A stretch of DNA of 64,000 bases from an uncultured Clostridia bacterium (GTDB taxonomy: Bacteria > Bacillota > Clostridia > Christensenellales > UBA1242), in the NCBI GenBank assembly GCA_947649575.1, contig CANSRZ010000004.1:71569-135568 (forward strand). The letters are read 5' to 3'. The notes beneath the pieces were generated by a model that was not told where the DNA came from, did no database searches, and saw nothing but the letters and a program-made list of their open reading frames with translations. Below, one piece after another: positions 36,648 through 48,688 of the stretch; the first letter of the stretch is position 1; each line of letters starts with the position of its first letter. The position numbers were made by a program, and so were the translations under genes.

Positions 36648-36965
36648 ATGATGAAAAAATATTTTTTGATAAATAGCGATGTGTATTTTATAGCAGAGCG
36701 TATAAAGCAAATTGATAAAAACTATTTTATTGTTTTCAACCGATTGAAAAACAAGTTTGAAGTTCACGCCTTTGGGCAAGAGGGAGGCACTTATTGTTTT
36801 ACTATTCCATTTGACGCCCTTGACGAGCGAACGCTTGAATTTACTTTAAAAACGCGAAGCCAAAATATGAATCAAATCATAAAAGAGATTGACGAGGCTA
36901 ATCAAAAGCTGCAAAAAGACAACCTGAAATTTGCGACTAAAAAAATTGAGGAGGTTTTATTATGA
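36648..36965 (+). CDS. hypothetical protein (105 aa), capsid module
   Basis: Intact ORF. Its stop overlaps the next start (ATGA). Confidence 0.45.
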   Translation: MMKKYFLINSDVYFIAERIKQIDKNYFIVFNRLKNKFEVHAFGQEGGTYCFTIPFDALDERTLEFTLKTRSQNMNQIIKEIDEANQKLQKDNLKFATKKIEEVLL

Positions 36966-37522
36966 ACGCAATAGATATTATTAAGCTTGCTTGTGATTTT
37001 ACTGGCAATGAAGATTTGGCGATGAAGCTTGAAGAAGAAAACCCAGAGTTTACAACTTCTGAAAACAAAACATTAGCTGTAATGCTGAAATGCTTGAACT
37101 TAATTCAAAACGAAGTGGCAACTGAATATATTCCACTTGTTGCATTTCAAGATGTGACAGCCGTGGACTTCAAAGTTGATTATTCTAAGTTTGACAAAAA
37201 GCCAATTTCTATAATTTCTGCAAAAGACAAACTTGGCAGAAATATCCGCTTTAAAGCTTTTGCCGATTATCTGATGTTATTTGCTGGCAAGGCAAAAATA
37301 AAATATTATTATATGCCAGAAGAGATAAATTCAATCCAAGATACACTTTCTCAGCCACTTTTGCCTATGCGCATATATGCATATGGCATAGCTAGAGAAT
37401 ATTATCTTCTTCAAAATCTTTCTGACGATGCTGATATTTGGGAGGTTAGATTCAAGGATAGTCTATCTGTTTTTGCAAGAAAAAAACAAGATGTCAAAAT
37501 GCCTTGTAGGAGGTGGTTATGA
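36962..37522 (+). CDS. hypothetical protein, possible head-tail connector
   Basis: 186 aa. The N-terminal IIKLACDFTGNEDL resembles gp6-like connector N-termini. ATGA coupling on both sides. Confidence 0.35.
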   Translation: MNAIDIIKLACDFTGNEDLAMKLEEENPEFTTSENKTLAVMLKCLNLIQNEVATEYIPLVAFQDVTAVDFKVDYSKFDKKPISIISAKDKLGRNIRFKAFADYLMLFAGKAKIKYYYMPEEINSIQDTLSQPLLPMRIYAYGIAREYYLLQNLSDDADIWEVRFKDSLSVFARKKQDVKMPCRRWL

Positions 37523-39003
37523 TTTATAAACACCTTGTAAAGGGCAAAAAAAGCACCAGCAAAGATTTGGTGTTTGATGTCTTTGATGATTATGTTAATT
37601 TAAACGATTCAGAAGATAAACAAAAATTTAACAGAGTTTCTAGCACTTATAATTTTGACTTATCTAACGGGCAGTTGTTGACAGGCTATGGATTTAAAGA
37701 TTTAAGCATGCCAACAAACACGTCTGATATGGACAACGAAACATTAATCAATGTTAGAGGAAATGAAATAACTGCAATTTGGTCATTCAGATGGTTCGAC
37801 TTTGCTTTAAAAGACAATAAATATTATATTGTTTACTTTAACGATGGAAACTATCTGGAATTTGCTAATCTTTTTCATGAAAGACCGCTTCCGCTTTATG
37901 CAGAAACTCATTTCAATAAAGCACCAATCGGATGCCCAATACGTTATGAAAAAGATGACGCCTTGTTGTTTTCATCAGATGTTGACGGCTTGTTTTTGCT
38001 GACAGGTGCAATCACCAAAACTTTCAAACTTGCTCCAAGGCTATTGTCGCTTTGCTCGGCATTTGATAAAATTTTTGCGGTTATTGCAAATGACAGAGCA
38101 AGCTTGATGTACACAGATGATAAAAACATTTCGCATTGGACTGAAAACAATTTGGAAGAAATCAAGTTTGACGATGAAAGAGGGAAACTCAATAAAGTTA
38201 TACTTTTGAACGATTATGTTTATGTTATACGTGACTTTGGAATAAGCAGAATTTCTGTTTACAGCACAAGTGGCAACTTTGATATCAGTCAACTTTATCA
38301 ATCGGACAGCTATATTTTCCCAGGAACGATTGCCTCATCTGGTGATAAAATATACTTTTTGGAGGGCTCTGGAATCTTTGCTTTTAATGGTTCATCTACA
38401 AGCAAGATTAATCTTGACTGCGATGAACTGTTGAAAAACGCTGACAAACGTAATGCCAGTGCAGTTTGTTTTGAGGGGAAATATTATCTTTCGTGCAGAT
38501 ATGATTTTAACGACGGACAAACTGTGGGCTGTGAAAGCAATCCTAAATGTGTGAACAATTTGCTTTTGGTGCTTGACCTTGTTTCAAAAAAGGTGAATGT
38601 GCTTAGAGGTGTTGATATTCATCAACTTTGCGTGTTGAACAATCCTTATAAAAGCAAAGTTGTTGCATGTTTTAACGGCGAGTATTGCAATAGAATTGGG
38701 GAACTGACAAATGACGGAATAATATTTGATAATGCGACGCAAAAAATTTGGACAAGCGTGCTTAGCACTTTGTCTTATCCAGAGAAATTGAAGCGTGTTA
38801 AATTTTTGAATATAAAAACAAAAACCGATTGTGATGTTGTGATAACAAGCGAAAAGCAGTCAAGGACTTATCATGTTTATGGAAGTGATAAACTTCAACA
38901 AATCAAAGTGGATGTGACAGGACGAGAACTTCAAATATCTTTCAAATGCAATGATGCAAATGCTAACATTTCTAATGTGAAGTTAATATATAATGTGATA
39001 TGA
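37519..39003 (+). CDS. hypothetical structural-type protein (494 aa)
   Basis: ATG 5 nt after AGGAGG, overlapping the previous stop. Beta-rich repetitive composition. No Walker A motif, so it is not a terminase. Confidence 0.45.
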   Translation: MIYKHLVKGKKSTSKDLVFDVFDDYVNLNDSEDKQKFNRVSSTYNFDLSNGQLLTGYGFKDLSMPTNTSDMDNETLINVRGNEITAIWSFRWFDFALKDNKYYIVYFNDGNYLEFANLFHERPLPLYAETHFNKAPIGCPIRYEKDDALLFSSDVDGLFLLTGAITKTFKLAPRLLSLCSAFDKIFAVIANDRASLMYTDDKNISHWTENNLEEIKFDDERGKLNKVILLNDYVYVIRDFGISRISVYSTSGNFDISQLYQSDSYIFPGTIASSGDKIYFLEGSGIFAFNGSSTSKINLDCDELLKNADKRNASAVCFEGKYYLSCRYDFNDGQTVGCESNPKCVNNLLLVLDLVSKKVNVLRGVDIHQLCVLNNPYKSKVVACFNGEYCNRIGELTNDGIIFDNATQKIWTSVLSTLSYPEKLKRVKFLNIKTKTDCDVVITSEKQSRTYHVYGSDKLQQIKVDVTGRELQISFKCNDANANISNVKLIYNVI

Positions 39004-39118
39004 TAATTATAAATAAAGGGCATATTTCTCACTACAAAAAAAAGGAATATTTAAAAGAGGTGAGCAATATGAAAAATATTTTTAAGGAAGAAGATTACAA
39101 TTCTGAGAGGATAGAAAA

Positions 39119-39346
39119 ATGAACTTTTGGAATGAAATAATCAGTGTGGTGGTAAGCAATGGCGTTTTTGCAACTTTGTTTGTCTTTTTGTTTTTCTATC
39201 AACTTAAAGACAGCGCAAAACGTGAAAAGGCATATCAAAGCACCATAAAGGATTTAACTGAACATTTGGAAGTTATTGAAGCTGTTAAACAAGATGTTGA
39301 AGAGCTTAAAAATGTGATAACAAGAGGAGGGTGTGATGAAGAATAA
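39119..39346 (+). CDS. BhlA/UviB-family holin-like protein
   Basis: 75 aa. One N-terminal TM (VVSNGVFATLFVFLFFYQLKDSAKREKAYQ) followed by a charged helix, as in BhlA/UviB. Confidence 0.55.
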   Translation: MNFWNEIISVVVSNGVFATLFVFLFFYQLKDSAKREKAYQSTIKDLTEHLEVIEAVKQDVEELKNVITRGGCDEE

Positions 39347-39605
39347 ATTCCGCTCTTATGGCTTTTGGACTGCTCTTGCAGGTGCTGTTGTTGTGCTTAT
39401 CAATGCACTTGGACAAGCTTTTGGATTTACAATTGATAATGAAATTGTCACTAATATAATCATGGCAATTGCAGGAGTTCTTGTTGTTTTTGGAGTTGTT
39501 TCAATGCCTAAAAAGGATAATGAAGATAAAGAGGAAGAAAATTTGGATATTCAAGAAAAGGATAATCAAACTTCTGAGCAAGAAGAAAATATGCAAGATA
39601 AATAG
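39333..39605 (+). CDS. two-TM holin-like protein
   Basis: 90 aa. Two TM segments (FWTALAGAVVVLINAL, IIMAIAGVLVVFGVV) and an acidic tail. Overlaps the previous gene after AGGAGG. Confidence 0.5.
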   Translation: MMKNKFRSYGFWTALAGAVVVLINALGQAFGFTIDNEIVTNIIMAIAGVLVVFGVVSMPKKDNEDKEEENLDIQEKDNQTSEQEENMQDK

Positions 39606-39634
39606 AAAAAACCGAGCAAATTGCTCGGTTTTTT
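39606..39634. terminator. bidirectional terminator closing the capsid module and the convergent lipoprotein gene
   Basis: AAAAAACCGAGCA-AAT-TGCTCGGTTTTTT. Confidence 0.85.
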
Positions 39635-39635
39635 G

Positions 39636-41999
39636 TTATTTTCTTGTTGAGGCAGGGCCGTCAATCATTCCAATGCCTACTTGGAAACTATAGTTTTTAG
39701 GTTGAGCACCAGAGTTTTGGTCATAAGTGTCTTTCACAATTTTAAAAGCAATTTCAATGTAGTCACATCCGTTTTCATCCAAAGCGAATGCAGCAGGATT
39801 TAATATACCATAAGAAACATACTTTGTTGTGTCGCCAGTGATGGGGTCAGTTTCAACTGCGCGGTCAACAAGCTGATAATAATCTTTGCGTTTATCATTT
39901 CCGTTGATAGGCAGGCGAGTGCCGATGCTTTGCCAGCCAATGTATCCGTCAGTGATTGAGTTTAACGCGCCATCAGCAATTTGTCTGTTCCATTCTCCAC
40001 ACTTGACACCAGTTTGATTGCCTTGCTCATCGCGCTCTTTAAGTCCAAACATCATCATTGTGTTATTCTTTGAACCATAGTCAAATGGTCCAGCTTTAAC
40101 CTCAATTGTGAACTGTGGATTATCAGCATCGCCCTCAGGATTTGGAATAACTTTCCAAGTATTTGTTGCCTTTGTATATTTGTGCAAATAAACATTTATT
40201 GTTAAACTTGCATCGTCTGGCACTGCCTGATTGCCATATTTGTCATATCCATAGCGGAAGAAGAGCATCATGTTAGAAAATTCATAGTCTTTGCCAAACA
40301 TAAAGCACATGCTTTGATATTCCATAACAGGAATGTTTTTAAATTCATTGCCACTGTCGGCCGAGATAAAGAAATCATTGCCATAATAATCGCATATTTC
40401 TGAGGCTACAAATTTATCGTCAATGTTAGGTCCGTTTTCGTCGCCAGAAGAATTGCCGATAGAAACTTGCTTTGTACAAATATCAATTATTGCCTCAACA
40501 TTTTCTTCATATTTGCGGTCAATTTCAATAGGCTTGTTAGTTTTTGTAGTTTCTATATCAGGGTCAAATTGTCCATCAATAACATTCCCATTTGAATCTT
40601 TATAATATACAACTTGATTGCCAATTTTGCGTACCATAACTTCTTTAGTTTGTGGTTTGCCTAAAGGGTCGTTTACAATAGGGTCATTTTCATCAATTTT
40701 GCCATCACCATTTGTGTCAATGGTTGAAATATTTGCAACATATTGAGTGTAGGTCTTTTCAGTTTGAGCAATTTCAAATGTGCTGTCGCTGTCAGTGCCA
40801 ATAATGTTTTCAAGAATCCAATTTTTCAGTCTGATTTGTTGACGTTCAGTAACACCAACATATGTACCAATTTGCTTAAAAATTTCTTTAATATTTTCAA
40901 GCGCAACTTCAGCAGAGGATTTATCAGCAGTTGCAGGGTATCCATCAACTTTAACTATAGGCATACCAGTAGTTGAGTCTATATTAACAGTAATATTATT
41001 AGGTCTTAAATCAAGGTTAATGCAATAGATTGCATATTCAAGTGCCTTGACATAGTCGGAATAAACACCATTGTTTTGCTTAGTGTATTCAGTGCCTAAA
41101 AAAGTTCTAGAATAAGCGTCAGTATTATTAGTTAAACTCCAATAGTAATTTATTAAGTTTGGGAGATTTCCTGTTTGTATATAATCACCATTAATATCAA
41201 TATTGTTAAGTATATTTTTTAATTTATTCTGGTCTTTATAGAAATAAATATTATTGTCATTATCATAATAATAACTTGTAGGGTATGCTGAACCCCCAAT
41301 AGTTATTTCGCTGTTATATAAAGGGTTGTCAGTATAAATTTTTTGAATTTGGGTCAAATATGAGTTATTATTGATAGTTTTTTCTATTGGGCTTAAAGGG
41401 AATTGATTGTCTGCGTATGTATAAACTGTTTGTAAGCCAAGTGTCCAGTTCCAATCGCTATTATGATTTGCTGTTATTTCAAAAAACTGTGTCTGCCCTT
41501 TTACTGTTTCATTGCCAGCATTATCCAATTCAATTTTTTTAAGTGTTATGTCGCTATATTCTTGCATTTGATATCTTATACTGTCGTACCAGCCTGTTTT
41601 AATTTCTGCGTCAGAACTAATAATTATTGGCTTTTCTGTTTTTTGACTTTTGACATATAAATTATTGTCATTGCTTTGGTCTGCAAGACCATATGTGCCT
41701 AGCAGTCCATTTAATAGCCACCAAGCATACTGTTCATAATAATTGCTGTTTTCTTCTCCACCAACATTGTCATCCCAATTATAGCTTGTAGGGCGATATA
41801 AAACCTTTGTTCCATAAAGGGGAACTGACATTGACGATTGGCGCTGTTCAAGATATTCTTCATAACTTATCTGACCATTTTCATAAGCTTCTTTAAGGCT
41901 ATCGGCATAATCAGAGTCATTGCCAGCACAGCCAACAAAAATAAAGCCTATCATTAGACATAAAATATAAGCAAATATTCTTGACAATTTCTTTTTCAT
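39636..41999 (-). CDS. large lipoprotein (787 aa), function unknown
   Basis: Signal peptide with lipobox FIFVGC. Contains one DTNGDGKIDENDP calcium-loop (dockerin/EF-hand-like) motif. Confidence 0.65.
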   Translation of the reverse strand: MKKKLSRIFAYILCLMIGFIFVGCAGNDSDYADSLKEAYENGQISYEEYLEQRQSSMSVPLYGTKVLYRPTSYNWDDNVGGEENSNYYEQYAWWLLNGLLGTYGLADQSNDNNLYVKSQKTEKPIIISSDAEIKTGWYDSIRYQMQEYSDITLKKIELDNAGNETVKGQTQFFEITANHNSDWNWTLGLQTVYTYADNQFPLSPIEKTINNNSYLTQIQKIYTDNPLYNSEITIGGSAYPTSYYYDNDNNIYFYKDQNKLKNILNNIDINGDYIQTGNLPNLINYYWSLTNNTDAYSRTFLGTEYTKQNNGVYSDYVKALEYAIYCINLDLRPNNITVNIDSTTGMPIVKVDGYPATADKSSAEVALENIKEIFKQIGTYVGVTERQQIRLKNWILENIIGTDSDSTFEIAQTEKTYTQYVANISTIDTNGDGKIDENDPIVNDPLGKPQTKEVMVRKIGNQVVYYKDSNGNVIDGQFDPDIETTKTNKPIEIDRKYEENVEAIIDICTKQVSIGNSSGDENGPNIDDKFVASEICDYYGNDFFISADSGNEFKNIPVMEYQSMCFMFGKDYEFSNMMLFFRYGYDKYGNQAVPDDASLTINVYLHKYTKATNTWKVIPNPEGDADNPQFTIEVKAGPFDYGSKNNTMMMFGLKERDEQGNQTGVKCGEWNRQIADGALNSITDGYIGWQSIGTRLPINGNDKRKDYYQLVDRAVETDPITGDTTKYVSYGILNPAAFALDENGCDYIEIAFKIVKDTYDQNSGAQPKNYSFQVGIGMIDGPASTRK

Positions 42000-42055
42000 A
42001 ACTATATTTTATACTAAAATTAAATAAAAATCAAATAAAATAATATATTTATAAT

Positions 42056-42083
42056 AAAAAATAGAGCATATTGCTCTATTTTA
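42056..42083 (-). terminator. terminator after the 465-aa lipoprotein gene
   Basis: AAAATAGAGCA-TAT-TGCTCTATTTT. A T run follows on the minus strand. Confidence 0.7.
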
Positions 42084-43466
42084 TAAATTTTGTTCAATTT
42101 CTTGTTGTGGTGTTTGATGAAGTAAGATGTCTTGATCTTTAACATTTTCAGGCAAAACTTGTATTGTTTGTTTACTTTCAAGTGTAAACTTTGAATCATC
42201 TTCAGCTTCTAAATAATTTTTGATGAAAGCAGGGATAGGAGCAGTTTGCGCAGAATCATTTAGAACAGTAAAAACAATTTCTCTTATATCTTTTCCGTCA
42301 AATAATCTCATAGTATGTCTATCGTCCTGAGGTCCATGCCCCAAAGTCCAGCCTGTCCAAATAGGTGTAACATAATCTTCTTTAAAAACTTTCTTATAAG
42401 ATTTATCAACATCCAATTGGTCAAAGCCTTGCATTGTGTTGATACTATTCCCATAAAATAATTCTCCTCCCATTTCGTTTCTAGTATAAGTCCACTCTCG
42501 CAATGCATCGGCGCCTTCAATTTTGGCGTTATCTTGAAATAAATCTTGCCAAGATAAATCTTTTTCTAGAACTTTTTTTGTAAGTGCTGTATGAATCATT
42601 GTGCTATTGTTGACCACCATGACAAAACCAATAGTATCTATAAATTGACTGTTTTTGCAATATAAGTAAGATTGTATAATTTTATAATTATCGTAATTTG
42701 GAGTTACCATATTGACCAAAAGATTGGTTGCTTCTTTTAAGTTTTCTTCCAGTTTTTCGATGTGGGCTGGATTATTTGGGTCAAACTGGTTTACAACAGG
42801 TGGTTTTTCTTGTGTGTTATCATTATACTCAGTTGGAACTTTTACGTTTGTAGCACCTGCGTTGTTGATAACTACTGTTTGTGTGCCGTTGCTGATTGTT
42901 ATTGTGTCAGTTGTATTGTTATAGCTATAAGTTATGTTTGTTTTGCCTGAAGCTGTTTCCATTGTGCCAGTTATTGTGTTGTCTTCAACTTTTTCAAGTT
43001 TAACGCTGTCAAGCATTGCATCAAAGCGCTGTTTGCATTCATCAGCCATTGGGATGTCGTTTGCAATATTATCCTTTTGCCATTCTTGCGCTGACATTGA
43101 ATAAACAAAATTGCCGTCAGAAGCTTTTTCATAGATTTTTGTGCCATTTTTGTCGGTCACTTTCATTTTATTGCCGTCTATTTCATATTTAACGCTTTCG
43201 TTGCCTTGTTTAAATTCAATTGTTACATCATCAGCCATTGCGATTTTGTTTCTAACAATTTCAAATTCAGCATTAACTTCTTCAATTTTTTTATCAGGGT
43301 CTGGCGTTTCAATAATGATTGGTGGCTTTTCTTGTTCGTTATTGACAGGCTTTTTATTATTATCACAAGCTGTTAACACTGCACCACCACTAAAAGCCAT
43401 TGTCAAAGCTAGAATGCCAGTTAAAAATTTATGTTTTTTAAGTTCAGGTTTGTCTATATATTTCAT
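42081..43466 (-). CDS. lipoprotein (461 aa), function unknown
   Basis: Start at the second ATG (MKYIDKPEL), preceded by GGAGGT. Lipobox AVLTAC. Confidence 0.65.
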   Translation of the reverse strand: MKYIDKPELKKHKFLTGILALTMAFSGGAVLTACDNNKKPVNNEQEKPPIIIETPDPDKKIEEVNAEFEIVRNKIAMADDVTIEFKQGNESVKYEIDGNKMKVTDKNGTKIYEKASDGNFVYSMSAQEWQKDNIANDIPMADECKQRFDAMLDSVKLEKVEDNTITGTMETASGKTNITYSYNNTTDTITISNGTQTVVINNAGATNVKVPTEYNDNTQEKPPVVNQFDPNNPAHIEKLEENLKEATNLLVNMVTPNYDNYKIIQSYLYCKNSQFIDTIGFVMVVNNSTMIHTALTKKVLEKDLSWQDLFQDNAKIEGADALREWTYTRNEMGGELFYGNSINTMQGFDQLDVDKSYKKVFKEDYVTPIWTGWTLGHGPQDDRHTMRLFDGKDIREIVFTVLNDSAQTAPIPAFIKNYLEAEDDSKFTLESKQTIQVLPENVKDQDILLHQTPQQEIEQNL

Positions 43467-43724
43467 AATTACCTCCATATTTTCAATTATATTATATCAT
43501 AATCAAAAACAAATTGCAATAGTTTTTTAATTTTTTATTTTATTTAAAATTCAAATAAAAGGAGTAAAAGCAATAAAAAATTCACTTCAAAATTTGCTTT
43601 CGACAAAAAGTTGCAAAATTTAACGTTTTTTGCTATATTTTAGCCGTTTTTCTGTTTGGCAAAATTTTTCTTTTATTTTATACTGACATTGCTTTTAAAA
43701 GCAGAGTATTTAAAAGGAGTATTT

Positions 43725-44045
43725 ATGAAAAATGACATTTTAAAAGAGCTTGCATTGAAGGCTAAAAATAGACTTATTCACAAAGACATGAAAGGTGAAG
43801 GAGATAAAAAAGATTATCGCATAAAAATCATTAAAAGCGGAGATGACGCTTTTTATAATAAAGTTAAAAACCTGCTTGGACGAGAAGAAGAAATTTTAAA
43901 TCCTATCAAATTTTTGATGGATGATGGTTTGCTCTCTGAGATGAGTGACGGAGAAAGAGAAAAATACTTATTTGAAACAGTTGATAAATATAATAAATTT
44001 AAATCGCAAATTGAAGACCAAAATCAAGTTGGATATGGATATTAA
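43725..44045 (+). CDS. hypothetical protein (106 aa)
   Basis: Start moved from the track's 43656 to the ATG at 43725 after AAAAGGAG. No motif. Confidence 0.5.
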   Translation: MKNDILKELALKAKNRLIHKDMKGEGDKKDYRIKIIKSGDDAFYNKVKNLLGREEEILNPIKFLMDDGLLSEMSDGEREKYLFETVDKYNKFKSQIEDQNQVGYGY

Positions 44046-44109
44046 TAAAATTAAAAAATCAAGCCCAAATGTTTGCCTTTCTATGTTAAAAAGTGTTAAT
44101 ATATGATAT

Positions 44110-46356
44110 ATGGCAAATTATGATATCAATTCTTTAAATGATGAACAATTACTCCCTCTCAAACAAATCGAGGGGGCTATTTTAGTTACAGCAGGTGCTG
44201 GCTCTGGCAAAACAAGGTTGCTTACTCACAGAGTTGCTTATTTGATAGACGAGTTTCATGTTTCTCCTTATAATATACTTGCTATTACATTTACAAATAA
44301 GGCTGCTGGCGAGATGAAAGAGCGTATTTCAAAAATGGTTGACGGGGCTGAGGGTGTTTGGATTTCTACTTTTCACTCTATGTGTGCAAGGATTTTAAGA
44401 CGTGACATTTCTGTAATGTATCCTTATGACAAAAATTTTACAATTTATTCAGCAGATGACAGCAGTCGAGTTGTAAAAGATATTCTTTCAGAGCGAAACA
44501 TCACTGATGATAAAATCAAAAAAGCAGTTGAGTTCCATTTGTCCAATTGGAAAAACACAAGCATGAGGCTTGAAGAATATGTGACTGCGCATAAAGACGT
44601 GATTGATATTGAAAAAATCGGATTTTTTATCAAAGAGTATGAAGATAGGCTGAGAAAGAACAATGCTCTTGATTTTGATGACCTGCTTAGAAAAACAATG
44701 CAGCTTTTTAAAGAATATCCTGATGTGCTTGCTCATTATGCAAATAGATTTAAGTTTATTTTAGTGGATGAGTTTCAAGATACAAACACTGTTCAATATG
44801 ACCTTGTTAAACTTCTTGCGTCAGTTCATGGCAATGTGTTTGCTGTTGGCGATGAGGATCAATGCATTTATTCTTGGCGCGGAGCTAACTTTCAAAATAT
44901 CTTTAATTTTAAGAAAGACTTTCCAAATTGCAAAGTGTTTAAGCTTGAACGCAATTATCGTTCAACTTCTGGCATATTGACGGTTGCAAATAATGTTATC
45001 AAAAACAACTCAGCGCGTCTTGACAAAAAGATGTGGACTGACAAAGGTGTTGGACAAACGCCTGAGCTATACAATGCCTATGACGAGCGAGATGAAGCAC
45101 TTTTTGTGGCTAAAAATATAGAAAAACTTGTTGCAAATGGCTATAAATATGATGAAATTGCGGTTTTAATGCGTTTAAACGCGTTATCACGCAGTTTTGA
45201 AGAGGCGTTTTTATCTTATAACATTCCGCACAGAATTTATGGCGGCTTTAAATTTTTTGAACGTCAAGAAATTCGATATATAATTTCATATTTAAGACTG
45301 TTTATAAACAAAAAAGACGATGTTTCTTTGCTTAGAGTTATCAATTTCCCAAAACGTGGCATTGGCGATGGAGCGATTTCGAAAATTAAAGCTTTGGCGG
45401 GTGACAATTCGCTGTTGGATACAATATTATCTCCAATTATGCTTGATGAAAATGCTGTTTACAAAAAGCTTGCAGATTTTGTCAATGTTTACAATGCTCT
45501 AGAAAAGCATTCCCACAACAAAATTTCAGAGTTTGTTGAGGAGGTTATAAAGGCGTTCAAAATCAGGGAGGCGTACAGCGAAAAGACAGAAGAAGACACA
45601 AACAGACTGCTCAATATTGACTCTTTTACGGCTTCTGTCAAAGAGTTTGAGAATGCTAATCCTGAAATGACATTGGCAGATTATCTTGAAACTATAACTT
45701 TGATTTCTGACAGTGATGAGATTGGTGAAAACGGAGCGGTCACTATTGCAACCGTGCATGCTGTTAAAGGACTTGAATACAAAGCGGTGTTTGTGATTGG
45801 GCTGGAAGAGGGGATATTCCCTATTTCGCGAGTTAACAGTGCAAGCGACCTTGAAGAAGAGAGGCGACTTTTGTATGTCGCAATCACGCGTGCCGAAGAA
45901 ATTTTGTACATGAGCCATTGTTCAAAGAGATACATGTATGGTCAAAGCCAATATCAATCTGCAAGCAGGTTTATAAGAGAGCTTGGGCTTTTGGGATTAT
46001 CAATGACCAAGTCTGACAGAAATGATTTTGCGTTTTCTGGAAATTCTGGTGGCGGATATAAGGCAACAAAATCTTGGACAAGTACTGCGTTTGGCGGAGA
46101 TAATTTATCAAGCGAGAATTCAACTGGCTTTACATTTAAGCATAATGATTTTATGAGCAAGCTTAACAGTAAAGTTGACGACAAGCCAAAGAAAGATGTA
46201 ACTATATATAATATAGGGCAAAAGGTTGTTCATCCCAAGTATGGCGAGGGGCAGATTATTGATATCACGCCAGACGGACTCGTGGCAGACATACTTTTTG
46301 AAGATTTTGGCAAGAAGTCCCTAATGCTAGAACTCGCCCCACTAGAAATAATTTAA
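44110..46356 (+). CDS. pcrA: ATP-dependent DNA helicase PcrA (UvrD family)
   Basis: Walker A AGAGSGKTRLLTHR. DEFQDTN. YRS..I. VHAVKGLEY. pcrA-ligA synteny. Confidence 0.93.
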   Translation: MANYDINSLNDEQLLPLKQIEGAILVTAGAGSGKTRLLTHRVAYLIDEFHVSPYNILAITFTNKAAGEMKERISKMVDGAEGVWISTFHSMCARILRRDISVMYPYDKNFTIYSADDSSRVVKDILSERNITDDKIKKAVEFHLSNWKNTSMRLEEYVTAHKDVIDIEKIGFFIKEYEDRLRKNNALDFDDLLRKTMQLFKEYPDVLAHYANRFKFILVDEFQDTNTVQYDLVKLLASVHGNVFAVGDEDQCIYSWRGANFQNIFNFKKDFPNCKVFKLERNYRSTSGILTVANNVIKNNSARLDKKMWTDKGVGQTPELYNAYDERDEALFVAKNIEKLVANGYKYDEIAVLMRLNALSRSFEEAFLSYNIPHRIYGGFKFFERQEIRYIISYLRLFINKKDDVSLLRVINFPKRGIGDGAISKIKALAGDNSLLDTILSPIMLDENAVYKKLADFVNVYNALEKHSHNKISEFVEEVIKAFKIREAYSEKTEEDTNRLLNIDSFTASVKEFENANPEMTLADYLETITLISDSDEIGENGAVTIATVHAVKGLEYKAVFVIGLEEGIFPISRVNSASDLEEERRLLYVAITRAEEILYMSHCSKRYMYGQSQYQSASRFIRELGLLGLSMTKSDRNDFAFSGNSGGGYKATKSWTSTAFGGDNLSSENSTGFTFKHNDFMSKLNSKVDDKPKKDVTIYNIGQKVVHPKYGEGQIIDITPDGLVADILFEDFGKKSLMLELAPLEII

Positions 46357-46370
46357 GTTTGTTTTTATGT

Positions 46371-48583
<2,213 letters not shown>

Positions 48584-48640
48584 TTTTGCTCTTCTTTTTA
48601 TATTTATACTTATTTATTTTGCGTTTTTGAAATTTGGGTC

Positions 48641-48668
48641 TTGACAAACAAAATATATATGATAAAAT
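48641..48668 (+). promoter_or_regulatory. promoter for the 48689 gene
   Basis: TTGACA (48641-46), 16-nt spacer, TGaTAAAAT (48660-68). Confidence 0.6.
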
Positions 48669-48688
48669 ATAGTCAAGGAGATTATAAA

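Noticed and set aside
37519-39003. Whether the 494-aa ORF could be the missing large terminase.
   Set aside because: It has no Walker A/B ATPase motifs and no nuclease-like acidic triad pattern. Its composition is beta-rich and repeat-like, so it is more likely structural.
32102-39635. Intact inducible prophage interpretation of the capsid region.
   Set aside because: There is no integrase, repressor/antirepressor switch, replication genes, TerL, tail genes or endolysin. No flanking direct repeats are visible, and the block is only about 7.4 kb.
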